A stretch of DNA of 57,174 bases, filler included, from Sphacelaria rigidula (lineage: Eukaryota): NCBI GenBank assembly GCA_964200075.2. It is 6 parts of 6 records of this genome, joined end to end, with 100 filler letters (N's around TTAATTAATTAA, not from the genome) between each part and the next. Parts side by side here need not be neighbours in the genome. Positions count along the whole stretch, not along the records: positions 19,093 to 28,538 come from CAXNAA020008479.1; positions 28,639 to 38,084 come from CAXNAA020008480.1; 4 more parts are not named here. One strand, 5' to 3'. This document shows, in pieces, positions 25,473 to 37,754 of the stretch. The notes beneath the pieces are model-generated. The model was not told where the DNA came from. It saw only the letters and a list, made by a program, of their open reading frames with translations, and did not search any database. Made by a program: the position numbers and the translations under genes. Every line of letters starts with the position of its first letter. Within the stretch, counting starts at the first letter, position 1.

Positions 25473-26660
25473 GTCGGTTGTGTTTTATGAAAAGCATGAA
25501 TGACCTGCGGGAGAAGGGTTCTAATGACAAAGTGGTGATCTTCTCGCAGTTCACCTCCTTCCTCGACGTGATTCAGGTGAATCCACGCCTGTCGTTCCTC
25601 GTCCGCCCATCAACCTCGATTCGATTCGCTCGTGAAAAATGCGGCGCCTAACCACGCCGCCAAAACTTGTGTCAAGAAGAGAGAGAAAAAAAAACGTGTC
25701 GAGAATATTTCGGCAGTCGGGTTTTTCTGGCCGCGCGGAGCCTCGTTGGACCATTTGAGCGATCGCCCGGGGGTGCACTCGTACGAAGTACCTGTTGAAT
25801 CATTATCATTTTCGGGTGGAAAATGACCCATCAGCCTCAGGCATATGTGTGCGGTCGCTCAAAGATTTGAAGAGAATATCGAGGTTGGCTTCCTTGTCGC
25901 GCGCGGGGGCACTTTTTTTTCTGTCTTTTACCGTAGGTTTTTATTTTTTTACAATAGTTCCTCCCCCTAACCCATATCCCCCCTAATCAGGGTAAGTTTT
26001 TTGTTTTGTGTTACTTATCGTGGTCAGTCATCATCCAGAATCCGAATTTTGTGTCGATCTCTCGGAGCGAGCACTCCGCAGTGATTCACGCACTCGATGC
26101 CTTTGTTTCTGTTTTTTTGTCTTTTTGTTGTTTACTGTCTTCTCACTGTGTCTGTTCCACCTTTCTGTTTTCTTCATTTTCTTCAGCGAGCGTTTCCGTT
26201 TTGTTTCGTCTCGGGAACGTCAATCATGTGGATCATGACTACTGGGAAATCAGTTAATGTGCGACAATCAACCAATTACGTCTGCTCAAAAGCTTTTGCT
26301 AGAGACTTATTTCATGTTTTGGCTGCAAAACACTCTTGTTTCTCTGCGTACTTGGTAGCATGTACCCCTATCTCGAAAAATTCGAAGGCTACCTACCCGC
26401 TGCCAACTCCCGCCTCCCCTCCCCCGGTGTCTCTATTGGGAGTAAGAACGGTGCTACGTCTCGAAAGGGATGCGTGGCCAATGGACAAATGGCTATAGGG
26501 CAAGCAACACATGAGTTTGCCCTCCCCCTCCCCCCATCCCCCACAGCACTTCCTCACCGCGGAGGGCTATCAGCTAGCCCGCATCGACGGCACGATGAAC
26601 AACAAGCGGAGGCAGGAAGCACTGAAGAGCTTTTCAGCCGAGGTCGCCGGAGGTGCACAG
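19931..26660 (+). CDS. RAD5/HLTF (SMARCA3)-like SNF2 helicase with C3HC4 RING, internal part; exons 19931-20001, 21131-21197, 22876-23162, 25495-25576, 26547-26660
   Basis: The spliced translation gives ECAVC|LEPV...CGHGFCYK|CLG...CPLCR (RING), then PPKVAALLS|SM...DKVVIFSQFTSFLDVIQ|HFLTAEGYQLARIDGTMNNKRRQEALKSF (helicase C). Intron phases 2,0,2,0 are all compatible; GT-AG sites. Confidence 0.93.
20410..20820 (+). repeat. G-tract-anchored long interspersed repeat (family L)
   Basis: G-tract-GT(A/G)CTCATG...GACCATTGACCTCGCATCCCTACAAAGC.GGGACGGA...AAGCGCGAAGCGCCGTGATGTGTTCGGCGAG.CGCATG...; shared with copies in contigs 3 and 4. Confidence 0.8.
21480..22500 (-). repeat. Two tandem copies of family L repeat (~21480-21981 and ~21995-22500)
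   Basis: Repeated AGGATGCAGCTCA...CACGGCGCTTCG.GCTT..CCTGGTCCGGCGAAAACCCGG..CTCCGTCC blocks at ~21798-21900 and ~22322-22425. Confidence 0.8.
22729..22822 (+). repeat. Poly-C tract (~94 nt, interrupted)
   Basis: Seen directly; length may be affected by sequencing error. Confidence 0.85.
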
Positions 26661-26829
26661 GTGAATGGAGGGCATTGCCGTAGATGACGATGGGTATCAT
26701 GGATACGTCTTACACACACCTCCCGATGAATAATGCCCCCCGGGTATTGCCTTTTCGGGTGCTTTAGATACCCATCTTGATGTCTAGTACTGTCCGGGGG
26801 CCAGTATTATATTACCCCCCCCTCCCCCA

Positions 26830-27139
26830 CTATGGTGAGATACCCATGAGGCAGTGTAAAAGCTATGGCTGTCACTGGAAGTGGCGACACCAGATAATAA
26901 AAGCAACTCATTGTAGGCTATCATCCAAATGCAAGATAGATAATCAGTAGGCTTCGGGCCAAACAATCTCAGCAGGATGCAGCTCACCCTTCATGCGACT
27001 CGCCGAACACACCACGGCGCTTCGCGCTTGGTGGTTCGAGTGCAAGCCTGGCCCGGCGAAAACCCGCGTCGCGGCATTGTAGGGATGCGAGGTCAATGGT
27101 CTTATGACTATGGCATGCATGATCATGAGTACACCCCCC
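26830..27139 (-). repeat. Family L repeat copy
   Basis: Same blocks as the 21480-22500 copies, ending ATGAGTACACCCCCC. Confidence 0.8.
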
Positions 27140-27484
27140 TATGGCAGGATAAACACGAGACTAGGGGGAAAATGCAGGGTTCGAATTCGTCTCGTGGAGA
27201 GGAGAAGTTGGTGGCAGGCATCGCCGTGGAGTTTGGACCAGAAGATGACATATCTTGTGTGTAGGGATGCCAAAACGCCGTGCACTGATCCAGTTCTCCA
27301 CCTTTTCTTGAGTCATACTACGGTGGGGGTGGTTTCATTTTTTCTTGTCAAAACATGTCTGAGGTGTTTTCACGCCGTGAAACAAAACACTGACGTTTTT
27401 TCGCTTTGTCTCATATTTGCCTGCGGCAAGATCGCCTCACCTCTCGTTGACACGCAACTTCGTTCTAACTGCACCATGAATTAA

Positions 27485-27625
27485 CCCTTTGGGAACTACA
27501 GTGCTGATTTTTGTTCTGTGAATATTTGTGAATCGGCGTCATTTTGACTTCAAAATGACTGAAAATGATGCCGATTCACGAAAACAGAAGTCAGCACTCC
27601 CTGAGGGAGTCTGGTTCTCGAAAGG
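27485..27625. mobile_element. piggyBac-type MITE (inverted relative of 33020-33158)
   Basis: TTAA|CCCTTTGGGAAC...GTTCTCGAAAGG|TTAG; the interior is the reverse complement of the 33020 copy. Confidence 0.75.
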
Positions 27626-28354
27626 TTAGTAGTGCGAGTGCACGAGAGAGGGAGTTTGCATCTAACTCCAGGACGCCGGCTCGGAAAAATAGTTGTCCAC
27701 CCCTGTGGTAAAACGACTCTCGTTTCGAAAAAGAAGAATGGTGGACAAGTACAACATGGTGTAGCGGCTTGTATCTCCGGGTCTGCAATCATTGATGTTA
27801 AGTATGTTGGTCACATGGCACATGGTTGACCAGGAGAATGGAAAAAACGAGATGGCCGGATAAAAACTGAAAACAGATAACGATACATTCCTCTGTGCGA
27901 ATGTTGTACAAATAAACACTGTAGCCGCAGCGCCCGTCTCCTCCATTTCAGCGCATGAGTCCAGAAATCATATGGTAGCTGGCAGTTTTGTACTGGATGG
28001 AGGGTAGTACGCATCTTGTACTGTAGCACGCTCCACACACATTAATCATTATCCGGCCCACTCGTGCCAATTATTTATTGAACTGCCGCTGTCAAAGCTG
28101 TCCTGCTCAGTATCATCCGTGACAGTCACCCGTTTTTTTTTCCTTTTCAATAATATGGAGGCGGTATTCTGGCAGATTAGGCGTCTGATGATGCCAAAAT
28201 TACCACGTATGTATATTATAGGTTGAGGCCGCGAGTAGGTGTCGACGCAAAAGTACCGGCGATCCAAGGCGTTTTGTGCGCTGCGTGGCTTAAAAGGATA
28301 ATTGTGCACATAGCCAAAATAGCGCTCGCGTTCCTGAACTCCATGATAGATTCG

Positions 28355-28538
28355 ATTGATTGATTGTCGCGCTTTAACTGACCCCCCAGGGGTCCAGCCG
28401 TGGTCTCATGATGGACGTACCCAAGAAAAACGAAACTGAAACACGCTCCTAAGACAAAAAAAGAAAGAGAGGTCGAACAGAACGACATAGCAGACTAAGT
28501 CGTGACAAAAAAAAGTAATAAAAAGTCAACACAAGCAA
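28355..28538 (-). mobile_element. 3' end of a LINE/SINE-like retroposon with (CAAT)n tail
   Basis: Minus strand reads ...GAGACCACGGCTGGACCCCTGGGGGGTCAGTTAAAGCGCGACAATCAATCAATC. Same element at 34583-34830(-), with a fragment at 29331-29384(+). Confidence 0.65.
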
Positions 28539-28638
28539 NNNNNNNNNNNNNNNNNNNNNNNNNNNNNNNNNNNNNNNNNNNNTTAATTAATTAANNNNNN
28601 NNNNNNNNNNNNNNNNNNNNNNNNNNNNNNNNNNNNNN
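28539..28638. other. Artificial contig linker
   Basis: N44-TTAATTAATTAA-N44. Confidence 0.98.
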
Positions 28639-29003
28639 CGGACATCGTTAAGGGCTCGTACAAACATAACGATACAGACTTATGGGACAGAGGGAGTATC
28701 CGTTCAAAATTCTGCGGGCACCAAAGGCACAAAATGTGGCGACCTGATCTACGGTGCGTAGATGCGTTGGCAATATGGGGGTGGGCGGAGGGGGGGGGGG
28801 CGCACAGATGTGGTGGGCGGGAGGGGGAATGTACTCATGATATCATGATCACGATGCCACAGTCATAAAGACTATTGACCTCGCATCCCTACAAAGCCGG
28901 GACGGAGCACGCCGGGTTTCGCCGGACCAGGGGGAAGGGGAGGAGGGGTAAGTGCTAGCTCTGCAGAGCAAATAATTATTTCTCCTTTTTTCTTCGTGAT
29001 CAG

Positions 29004-32000
29004 CTCCCAGACCCCCTTTCTCTAGGTCGCCAACGAGCCACAGTATCGCACACCATGGCTGAGAGAAACAAGGTTGCTACTTCTCTTGTATACTGTCTGT
29101 GGCATTTTTTTTCTGTCGTCACTATCCTTGCATGGATCACTCAGTCCCCGCCCACACGGCCCTTTTTTTAGGCAACAATTCCATCCCGCGGCACCTCAGC
29201 GGCAGGCACATTGGTAACACGCGGGTATCGGAGGTCGAGGCTTGGAAGCACCTTTGTTGGGCGAACATTGGGGTTCAAAAAGTGCGGTGCTTTAATTTGC
29301 GGTTGTGGCTCGTTCGATTTTTTTTTTCCAGAGGTCCCACGGCCGGATCCCTGGGAGGTCGGCTAAAGTGCGACAATCAAATCAACTCAGGTCTGATCAT
29401 GAATATAAAGAAGGCCCTTGCACTCGCACTCTGAATACCCAAATGTATCTTGTATTCAAAACCCATGATGACACACAGTCAGGTCGTGTCTTGTGGAGAC
29501 CAAAAAAAGACGCGGTAAAAGGAACAAGCGCTTATTATAAAAGCGACATGTTGATTGATTGCCGAGCAGGTGTTATGGTTGCGGTGACTAATCATAATCA
29601 TTTCACGGTTCGGACGAATCATCGCCAGTTCGAATCACCAAATCCACGGTTTTTGAGGCCTGATTGCACAACAAAGAGAAGCAAGTTGACCGCTGGTCAA
29701 AAAGTTTTCCACGCATTTGTTTTTGCGCCATTCCACGTGCCTGGGCTGCGCGTACCTGGGTTGCAACGCTGAAAACAAAGGCTACGGATTGATTCGTACA
29801 GGGTACGAATCAATCACACTAAAATCGAGTAATTTCCAGACGAGTCATCAATTCGTCCGACCCCTGCCTCATTTCGCTTTTGGACGCTTGTTCCTTTTCC
29901 CGCTTCTTTCCCTTGATTTCGATGAGACACGGCCTAAGCCCCGCTGTCTACATGTCAGTACCGTACTTTCATGTGCCGTGTAACGTGTACTGAACCAAGT
30001 CTACTGCAGTGCGTTATGCTGACCGCAGGGTTATCGTTCTCAACAGTAAGCGACGCACGCTATCTGACTCGTTAGGACGAAACCGAGGGATGTCCCCTCC
30101 CCCCCCATTATGATATCGCCAAAATACCTCCGCACCGTACACCAGGTCTCTATTTTACAGGTGTAAGCAACTGAGTGAAGGTCGGATTTTTTATTCCTCG
30201 AAAAGTGGTATTTTGGAGGAAGATCCAAACAACTAGCGAAAAAGAAGGAAAATGTCTTCTGCCGTGGGCAATGGATCCATGGCCCCTGTCACCTCTCGTA
30301 TCGAATATCATACAGCAAGATCGCTCTTGATAAAAATAACCCAATTTTTGATAGGGTGTGTGTTGGCACTAAAGGTAGAAATGTACCGTGCCTACTGTAG
30401 AGTCGATTCGAATTTGTGAGCGGGGCGTTTGCACCATCAGTGTTTGGAGACAGTGGCGAAATATCACATCCTCTCAAACCTGCAGCGCCGTACTACGGTA
30501 TAAGCATTCATTCGTCAATGCAGGTATATGTAGCGGTCCGCTGTTTTAAGGGCTTGGTTCCGCACAGATCTATATAATGCAGCGGCATTTGGCTGGTGGT
30601 CGTTACAACGTTGCAATAGGCTCAAATGAGTCAGCACATACGGTACTCTTTTTGTTTTGTTTCTTCTTCGGATTTTCGCTATTCTTAGAGCATTTAACGA
30701 CGTTTTGTGGATCGCATCGCCAACACCCCCCCATCGCTAGCATGGCGTTCTCGTCGTCTATGCACGAGATTTCAAAGCCGCAGAACTTCCCTGTGCTGAA
30801 CCTATGGATATGGTTGATCCAATAATGTTCCCACGCTGCTGCGTGGGGAGACATCTCATGTGTTGTTCTCGTCGATGTGAAACCCTCGTCCCTTCGGCAA
30901 AAGGACCATATGCACCAAATGACGTATGCGTGTCGAACCCATCAAAGGGACGCCACATGCATCAGCCGTAGCCTACTGTACGGGAGCGCCGTTGTGAGGG
31001 TCTTCGCAGCAGACAGACGACGCCCCAGAACTCCGACCTGCGTGCTCGACCAAAAACATAAACGGTAACATCTGCCATACTCCATGAAAAAAAACTCTGT
31101 AATTCTGTCTGATTTGGCGCCCGAGAGTCATCAACGGGCCATTAACGCGTAGAATTGCATCATACTCCAAATATCCGCGGGACTGTGAGGAAGTATTCAC
31201 GGAGCAGGAAGCCTCGGGTGCTACGAGTACAAGGATTAATACATCTCGTGATTTCAGGAAATTGAAACTCGGTGTTTTCTCTTGTAGCACACATTTTCAG
31301 AAGTTCAAGTCTCGAAGATTTTTTTTTCTTTTCCAAATAAATGTACCACCCCCAGCGTGCATCTTCATATATTTTTTTCCCGTCGTTTGGATCTCTGTTG
31401 CTACTATTTATTTCATCGCTGATTCTCCTCCTCCTCCTCCTCCTCCTCCTCCTACTACTACTACTACTACAACTACTGACAAGGTGGAGCCATCCGTGCT
31501 TTTCGAGGCGACAGTTGCTCAGCACCGGAAAAAGCCGGGTGCAAGACGCGTCGTGGCAATGGCAGCAGGTTATCTCGATCCCAAGCCACAGGACGGAAGG
31601 TGTGTGTACCTCCGCGCATGCCTTCGGCGATGTAATGGGGGAGCAGGGGGGGGCGCCCGAGGAGACTGTGCGAAAATGTGCCGTATGAGATGCCCGCCGC
31701 CGTGACACATGGCATTACTTCGCCCCTCGCTAGAAGGGAACGCTTGTATTGTGATGCAGGGCACTTGTACCCGTACCTGTGCGTTGGTTTTGGATTATCC
31801 CTAAACTTGAGTACCCTTGCTTGAGGTTATCGCTAAAATAAATAGCGTCCATGTTTGGGAGCAAAAGGGGGCCGCTCTCTCGCGAGGCGTGCATAATTTG
31901 TTTTTCGTTTTAATTTATCGATGGTCGTAGACTTTTTTTTGCGCAGATTTTTACGTAAGAGGTAAGCTCTCACGTGTTCTGTCCTCTGTTCGAAGCTAAG

Positions 32001-32649
32001 TCTCATGTAGCTACCCGTACGACCAACACCTGCGGGGTGATGCACTTACATAACTTCTGTAAGGCCCCGATACATCATCATCCAGGGGGTGTTCTTCAAG
32101 AGGGTGTTATAAGCGTACCCCCGATACAGTTCGCAAGAGATCGACACGGCGCCAAAAATGAGCGCAAAGTTTACTGCTTGGGGTTGTTATTCACGAGGGG
32201 GGGTGGTGTTCAGCGTGCGCGGAGAGTGGGGGATAGCGGGCGTGTCCCCCCCCGCCCCCCCTCTTCGAGTATGATTCCCTTCTTGTTGTTGTCAGTTATT
32301 GTCAGGTGTTGTCAGTTGTTGTCAGCTGTCGTTTTTGCGCTGAATGCATTCGCGTCCCTTCCCGCCTAGACCTGGCATGGCTACTAGAACAGCTCTCCCT
32401 CTTCTTATCTGATTTTTCTTCGCTGCGCAGTCATCCATCGATCGTGTGCCGTTACCCATGGCTTCATCCAGGGCGCATAAGCAGCACGTCGTGATCGTTC
32501 GGGAGGATTGGGCGGTAAAGTGCTACGACCACGAGCTGAACGAGGTCTGGCCTCAGAAGGAGCTGGACCACGAGGGTACGCCCAAAGATGGGGGAGCGTT
32601 CGTTGTCGATCAGGTATTTTGCTGCTGCTGCTGCTGCTGCTGCTGTTGT

Positions 32650-32683
<34 letters not shown>

Positions 32684-34048
32684 GTTTTTGTGAATTTCCC
32701 CGCAGACAATAACACGTACTGCAGGTGTGTGTACGTGTGTAATATGTCTGCTATCGATGGATAATGTTCGATGGGTTGATGTCGGTATTTGAGCTGCCTT
32801 CGTGCGTGGTTGATGAGTTGGTTGATTGATTGTCTGTCCATCAAGACATCCGCCACCAATGCAGCCGTGGCCATCAGGGGAGAGAACGCTGAAAACGCCT
32901 AAGGCAATCCTTCCCCGGAGAACGCCACGTGGCTCAACAACACTCAGAATCACGTATGTGTCTGCATGTTTGTGTGTTTATATGTGTGTCCATTCATATT
33001 TGTAGGTCTATTTTTTTAACCCTTTGGGAACTAGACCCCCAGGGAGTGCTGATTTTCGTTTTGGTGAATCCGCATAATTTTCAGTCATTTTCAAGTCAAA
33101 ATGATGCCGATTCACAAAGATTCACAAAACGAGAATCAGCACTTGCGTTACCAAAGGGTTAAGCTAGAATGGGAAGGATTTCGGCAAAAAACTCGAAAAA
33201 AATTAGGAGCAGTGCTTGTGCTTACTGCACCACTTTTTTTTCTTCTTCAAATTTCAAATTTCGCAGCCGAACAGAACGACATAGTAGACTAAGACTTTAA
33301 AAACAAATGAAAAGAAAAGAACAATAACAAATCGACAAAAAGCAAAGCACTTGTACTAGTGAAATTATCCACCCATCTTTCCCCTCGCACTGGATTGTCG
33401 AGCATGGAGAATCAGCATCCCCGCAGTTCATCGGCTTCTGTCGAATAATTTCACCAACCATTTTCATTTGTCAGGAGTCATGCCACGGTGATTAGGGTTG
33501 CACATTTGGGCCCAGATATTTGTCATTGAGCAGATCCTAAAGGTTAGGAGCTATGCGAGAAAAAAAATGGGCCAGGACATTCCTGTTCACAAAGTTATTC
33601 GGTACATCCCTAGCCCATTTGACTTCTCATCGTGGCGTGCTCTCGCATATAACATCAGTCGTATTTTGGATGAGATGAAGGGCTCCCAACAATTCAACCC
33701 TGCCAGATATTTTGAGACTCGTGTTTGGGTGAGGGAAACCAGGGGGAAATATCATCGCATACTGTGCTGTCGAGGTTTTGAAGTCACAAAATCTCCCCGA
33801 ACCGGTGTCGGTGTACCATTTTTGTTTACAAAATACTAGTGTAGGAGGGCGTGATTTTTTTTTTTTTTCAACGTTGATGTGCCGTGCATGATTCGTCTTT
33901 TTCACGCTGTGTGATGATGCGTTTGCCGTAGTCGCTAAGCCCCGAGCAACCGTCGTCCGCCTCGTCCGTGCAACCACGCACCGTGTTCGGGTCAGAGAGA
34001 TACCGTTCTGGTGGGGAAGCGTGTCGTGGGACTTTTGTTTACTCATCG

Positions 34049-34128
<80 letters not shown>

Positions 34129-34829
34129 GCTGTTGTTGTCTGCAATAATATGGTGACTTTTTTTCAGGTGGCGATCACAATGGCACCTGCAGCTAGCGTC
34201 TCAGGCGTGGGTCGGGGAGGAATAGTGGTCGTGGGAGGAAGCATGCGGCATCGCGACAAGCACCCTCTTCACGGCCGGGTGAGGGAATAATCCTGCGACG
34301 GTAGGAGTGCAGTCATAATTTCTGGGCCGGCGTACTGGAGTTGGATATATATATATATATATATAGGTGTGGTATATATACATGTATATATATACCACAC
34401 CTTAGACAATATATGGTCAATAGTCGCAATAGGCAAAAAATGTACCGCGTAAAATATAGGCCTCTTGCAACTACTCGTATTGTCGGTTCTGAAAACAGCT
34501 GCAGTAGGCCAACACTTTACGCGGTACTTTTTTTTTGTCTATAGCAACTATTGACCATATATTGTCCAAGGCGCGATACATTTTGATTGATTGATTGATC
34601 GTCGCACTTTAACTGACCCCCCTGGGGTCCAGCCGTGGTCTCGTGATAGACGTACATACCCAAGAAAAACGAAACTGAAACACGCTCTGAGAAAAAAAAG
34701 GAACAGAAAAAAAGGGGGTCGAACAGAACGACATAGCAGACTAAGTCGTAACAAAAGAGGCAACACAAGCAAAGCAAACAAAGAAATGGCCGACCTAAGA
34801 CAAGAAAAAAGGAAAACATATACATGTAA

Positions 34830-34863
<34 letters not shown>

Positions 34864-37200
34864 TTCGCGCGCACTCGCTCTACAGTAGTAGTGTAGTTAG
34901 GAAAAAGTTGCGTCTGGACATGATCATGAGGAGATCCTCCCGGAGGCGAACATGAAAAATTGTAAAAAGTACCAATGATTTGCTTCACACAACGTGAAAA
35001 TACGTCCGACAAGTTTTGGCCAAAATATTGCACCCCTACCGTACAGTAGCACGACTTGGACCTGGTTACCTCATCAAAAGCGTCCAGTATAATTATTGTT
35101 ATACTTCAAGCAGCAGTAACGAGAAGGACGAAAGCGCGTTAATTGCAGTAATATCAATGAGAACAAAAAATGATACTACCATGTAAAAGGGGTGTGGATG
35201 AGTGACCAAAAGTATCTGTCGAGGAGGACTCATGACCTTTTCACGTGCGGGCACCAACCTCGTACCACCTTCACGATGTGAGGACAACATATCTTGCCGC
35301 TAAAATATACAATGCTCTCAACCAAGGGAAAGAGAGCACATCGACCAACACGCATTATCAAGACCCGAAAAATGTGTTGTCTTTGATATAACTGTAGTAT
35401 CCGCGTGTATCGAAAAGAATCACCGACCCGTCTACGGTGCGCAGAAATGCACTGCTCACTTCAGGATTTTCCCCCGCGTAGGATTATCATCCACGGTAAT
35501 TGGTAGATAAATGGGACGTTACCACGATAAATCGGAATTACCATTATCATCCAGACTGTGCCCAAGCAGACGACGTTCTCCCGCTCTCATGCAGATGGTT
35601 GCGAAGTAGATCACAATCTTCTATTCCCGTCCGGACAGTTTACCGCGCAAATACTGCATGGTATTCCTGTGGGATGTCATCACCACCGAACAAATACCCC
35701 GCACATATACTGCTCCTATATTTACTGCACAGGGAAGCAAAATGAACATCCAACTTCTCAGTCAACCTCACATTACCTCAGTAGGACAGCGGTAGGCGTG
35801 TACGACTTGAGGTGAAAAGGTCGGGGATGCAATCGCCGCCTTGCTACTGTTTTAGTTTTTTTTTGTTTTTTTTTAAACGTTTTGGATGACGCGTTATATA
35901 TATATATATATGTATGCAAGCTTGTTTTTTAAAGGACTCCACAGTGTTTTTAGTCGGTGAACGTGCGTGCGATGAAGTACGAAAGCACTAAGCACCACAC
36001 CAGAAGACACACGGCCGCAGGCAACCAATCATGAGCGAAGGTGGAGCTGTTGGTGGTGTCGGCTCCGACAGGGGAGGTTGTGAAGGGATTTCGTCTGCCT
36101 CGGCGAATCCTTCCGTCAGTGGCAGTGGTGGTGCTGCTGGTGGTGCTGCAGCCACACCTGCTGACGGTCGTGTTGCGTGCCTCGACTTGCTTCAGTTTGC
36201 CTACTATGTTCAGTTGACTTTTGCAAGCAACAGGGCCCACCTTGGGCCCACGTACGATTTCGTGTTGTTGGGATGTCCAGGCATATACTTTGCAGTCGTG
36301 GGTTGCCACATGCTCAGGAGATACTCGCGGAAAAACAAAGATGCCGTGCATTACCGAGGTGGCTGGTTCCTGTACCAATGAGTACCAGGGTGATCATCAG
36401 TTACCATCCAAAATTTTACCGTGCATCGCCGAGGTGGTTGATGCCTGTACAGATGAGTACCAGGGTGATGAGTTATAATCCAAAAAATGCCGTGCGTCAC
36501 TGGGGTGGCTGGTTCCTGTACAGATGAGTACCAGGATGATCAGCTACCATCCAAAACTTGCCGTGCATCACCAAGGTGACTGGATATCGCGGTAAAGGGT
36601 ACCACGCTCAAAAATGCACGCCGAAGTGAGCCTCGCAAAAATCCAACTGAAAAATTGGGAAAAATGCGGATGCGAAGGCGATGTAGAAAATTCAGAGGTA
36701 TCACAACATACATTTCATATTTATTTTCAGAAGCCTGACCACGTCTGTCAGCCTCATTACTTGGATTTAGAGTACCCTCCCTCCCACCCCCCTCTGCCCA
36801 CAATTTGGGTCTAATGAAAACGCACGTCTTTGGTGCCTGGACTGAGAGATATACCGCACCTCGGCCATTGTGAAAAAACCGCTTTTGGGTTTTGTTTCTT
36901 GTGTTGTTCGTTCTGTCTATTTCGTGTCTCCTATGTGCGTTAATCTATTCCTGTCTGTCTGTCTGTCTGTTTGTCCATTTTCTCCTAAATATGTCCACCT
37001 TTTCATTTGTCTCTCATCTATCCGTTCGTCTATCCCCCTCCTCCGCTTCTCTCATCATCCGTGTATCATATATCGTTGCGCCTCTGTGTGTGTCTCCCGT
37101 CTGCCTGCCGCGCACTCGCGGGTGACCGCCATATGGCTTGGTTGGGGGTGCTCCCTGTTCATATAAATTCTACTCAAACCGCGACTATCGCACATCATTG

Positions 37201-37266
<66 letters not shown>

Positions 37267-37406
37267 CCACGAACGACAACGATGACAAGCGTGGATACTC
37301 AAATACTACTGCCTCCGCCAAAACAAGGGGGGAGGCAGATCCCCTAGGCGTTCACGTGGAGCCTTTCGTACAGGGAGAAGCTGACAGCCGAGATGAGGAT
37401 GCCCAG
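29004..37406 (+). CDS. FG-GAP repeat-containing protein (plant NERD1/At3g51050-like), internal part; exons 29004-29072, 31484-31599, 32472-32613, 34168-34278, 37290-37406
   Basis: Spliced peptide ...GARRVVAMAAGYLDP...R|AHKQHVVIVREDWAVKCYDHELNEVW...DQ|VAITMAP...GGIVVVGGSM resembles the family as recalled (RRxVAMAxG, KQVVVVVxxxWxVxCFDHxLxxLW, GLVIVGGxM). Phases 0,2,0,0 are compatible. The first and last exons are less certain. Confidence 0.8.
31424..31477 (+). repeat. (CCT)n(ACT)n microsatellite directly before an acceptor site
   Basis: Seen directly. Confidence 0.9.
32620..32686 (+). repeat. (TGC)n(TGT)n microsatellite directly after a donor site
   Basis: Seen directly. Confidence 0.9.
33020..33158. 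mobile_element. 139-bp piggyBac-type MITE with TTAA TSD
   Basis: TTAA|CCCTTTGG...CCAAAGGG|TTAA, with internal inverted AGTGCTGATT/AATCAGCACT. Confidence 0.85.
34048..34139 (+). repeat. (GTT)n microsatellite before an acceptor site
   Basis: Seen directly. Confidence 0.95.
34395..34576. mobile_element. TA-flanked MITE (Tc1/mariner-Stowaway-like) with ~60-bp TIRs
   Basis: TA|CCACACCTTAGACAATATATGGTCAATAGT..GTACCGCGTAAA pairs with TTTACGCGGTAC..ACTATTGACCATATATTGTCCAAGGCGCGA|TA. Confidence 0.8.
34583..34830 (-). mobile_element. 3' end of a LINE/SINE-like retroposon with (CAAT)n tail
   Basis: Near-identical to 28355-28538 on an unlinked contig. Confidence 0.65.
36342..36583 (+). repeat. Minisatellite, ~3.3 x 71-75 bp
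   Basis: CCGTGC..GGTGG..CCTGTAC..ATGAGTACCAGG..ATCCAAAA units start at 36342, 36417, 36488 and 36559. Confidence 0.85.
37201..37266 (+). repeat. (CAT)n microsatellite before an acceptor site
   Basis: Seen directly. Confidence 0.95.
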
Positions 37407-37754
37407 GTAGACTTCATTTACTTCCCGTATGCTTGATTACCTGATGCCGTCCACACGGCGGGCCGCATGCAGTATGGTGGTCGTAGTAGTAGCCAGTGTC
37501 AGTCTTCTGAATGGTGTTGCAAAGATGGGCTACTCATGGACAGTGACATGGGCATAGTACAGTAGAAAATGGGCGTTTGATCATGGACCGAACGAGCGCC
37601 TAAGACTAAGACCATGAAGTTGCCATACGTGTGCAGTGGTGGCGGTAGCTGCACGTCGGAACTCTTGTCCCGAAAAATACTCTACGTCTATCCCCCAGCC
37701 TGGACTGGCGAAAGCCCATCGATCGTGCTTCGCCCCGACTTTGTAGGGACGGAC

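Noticed and set aside
33627-34290. ORFs with poly-T/V/L tracts (also poly-H/M/S at 37007-37347, poly-C/N at 32405-32953, poly-P/G at 22612-23312)
   Set aside because: Translations of intronic microsatellites or the poly-C tract; only the embedded exons are coding.
36342-36583. CRISPR-like repeated units
   Set aside because: Whole units are repeated with no unique spacers, there are no cas genes, and it lies in a eukaryotic intron; it is a minisatellite.
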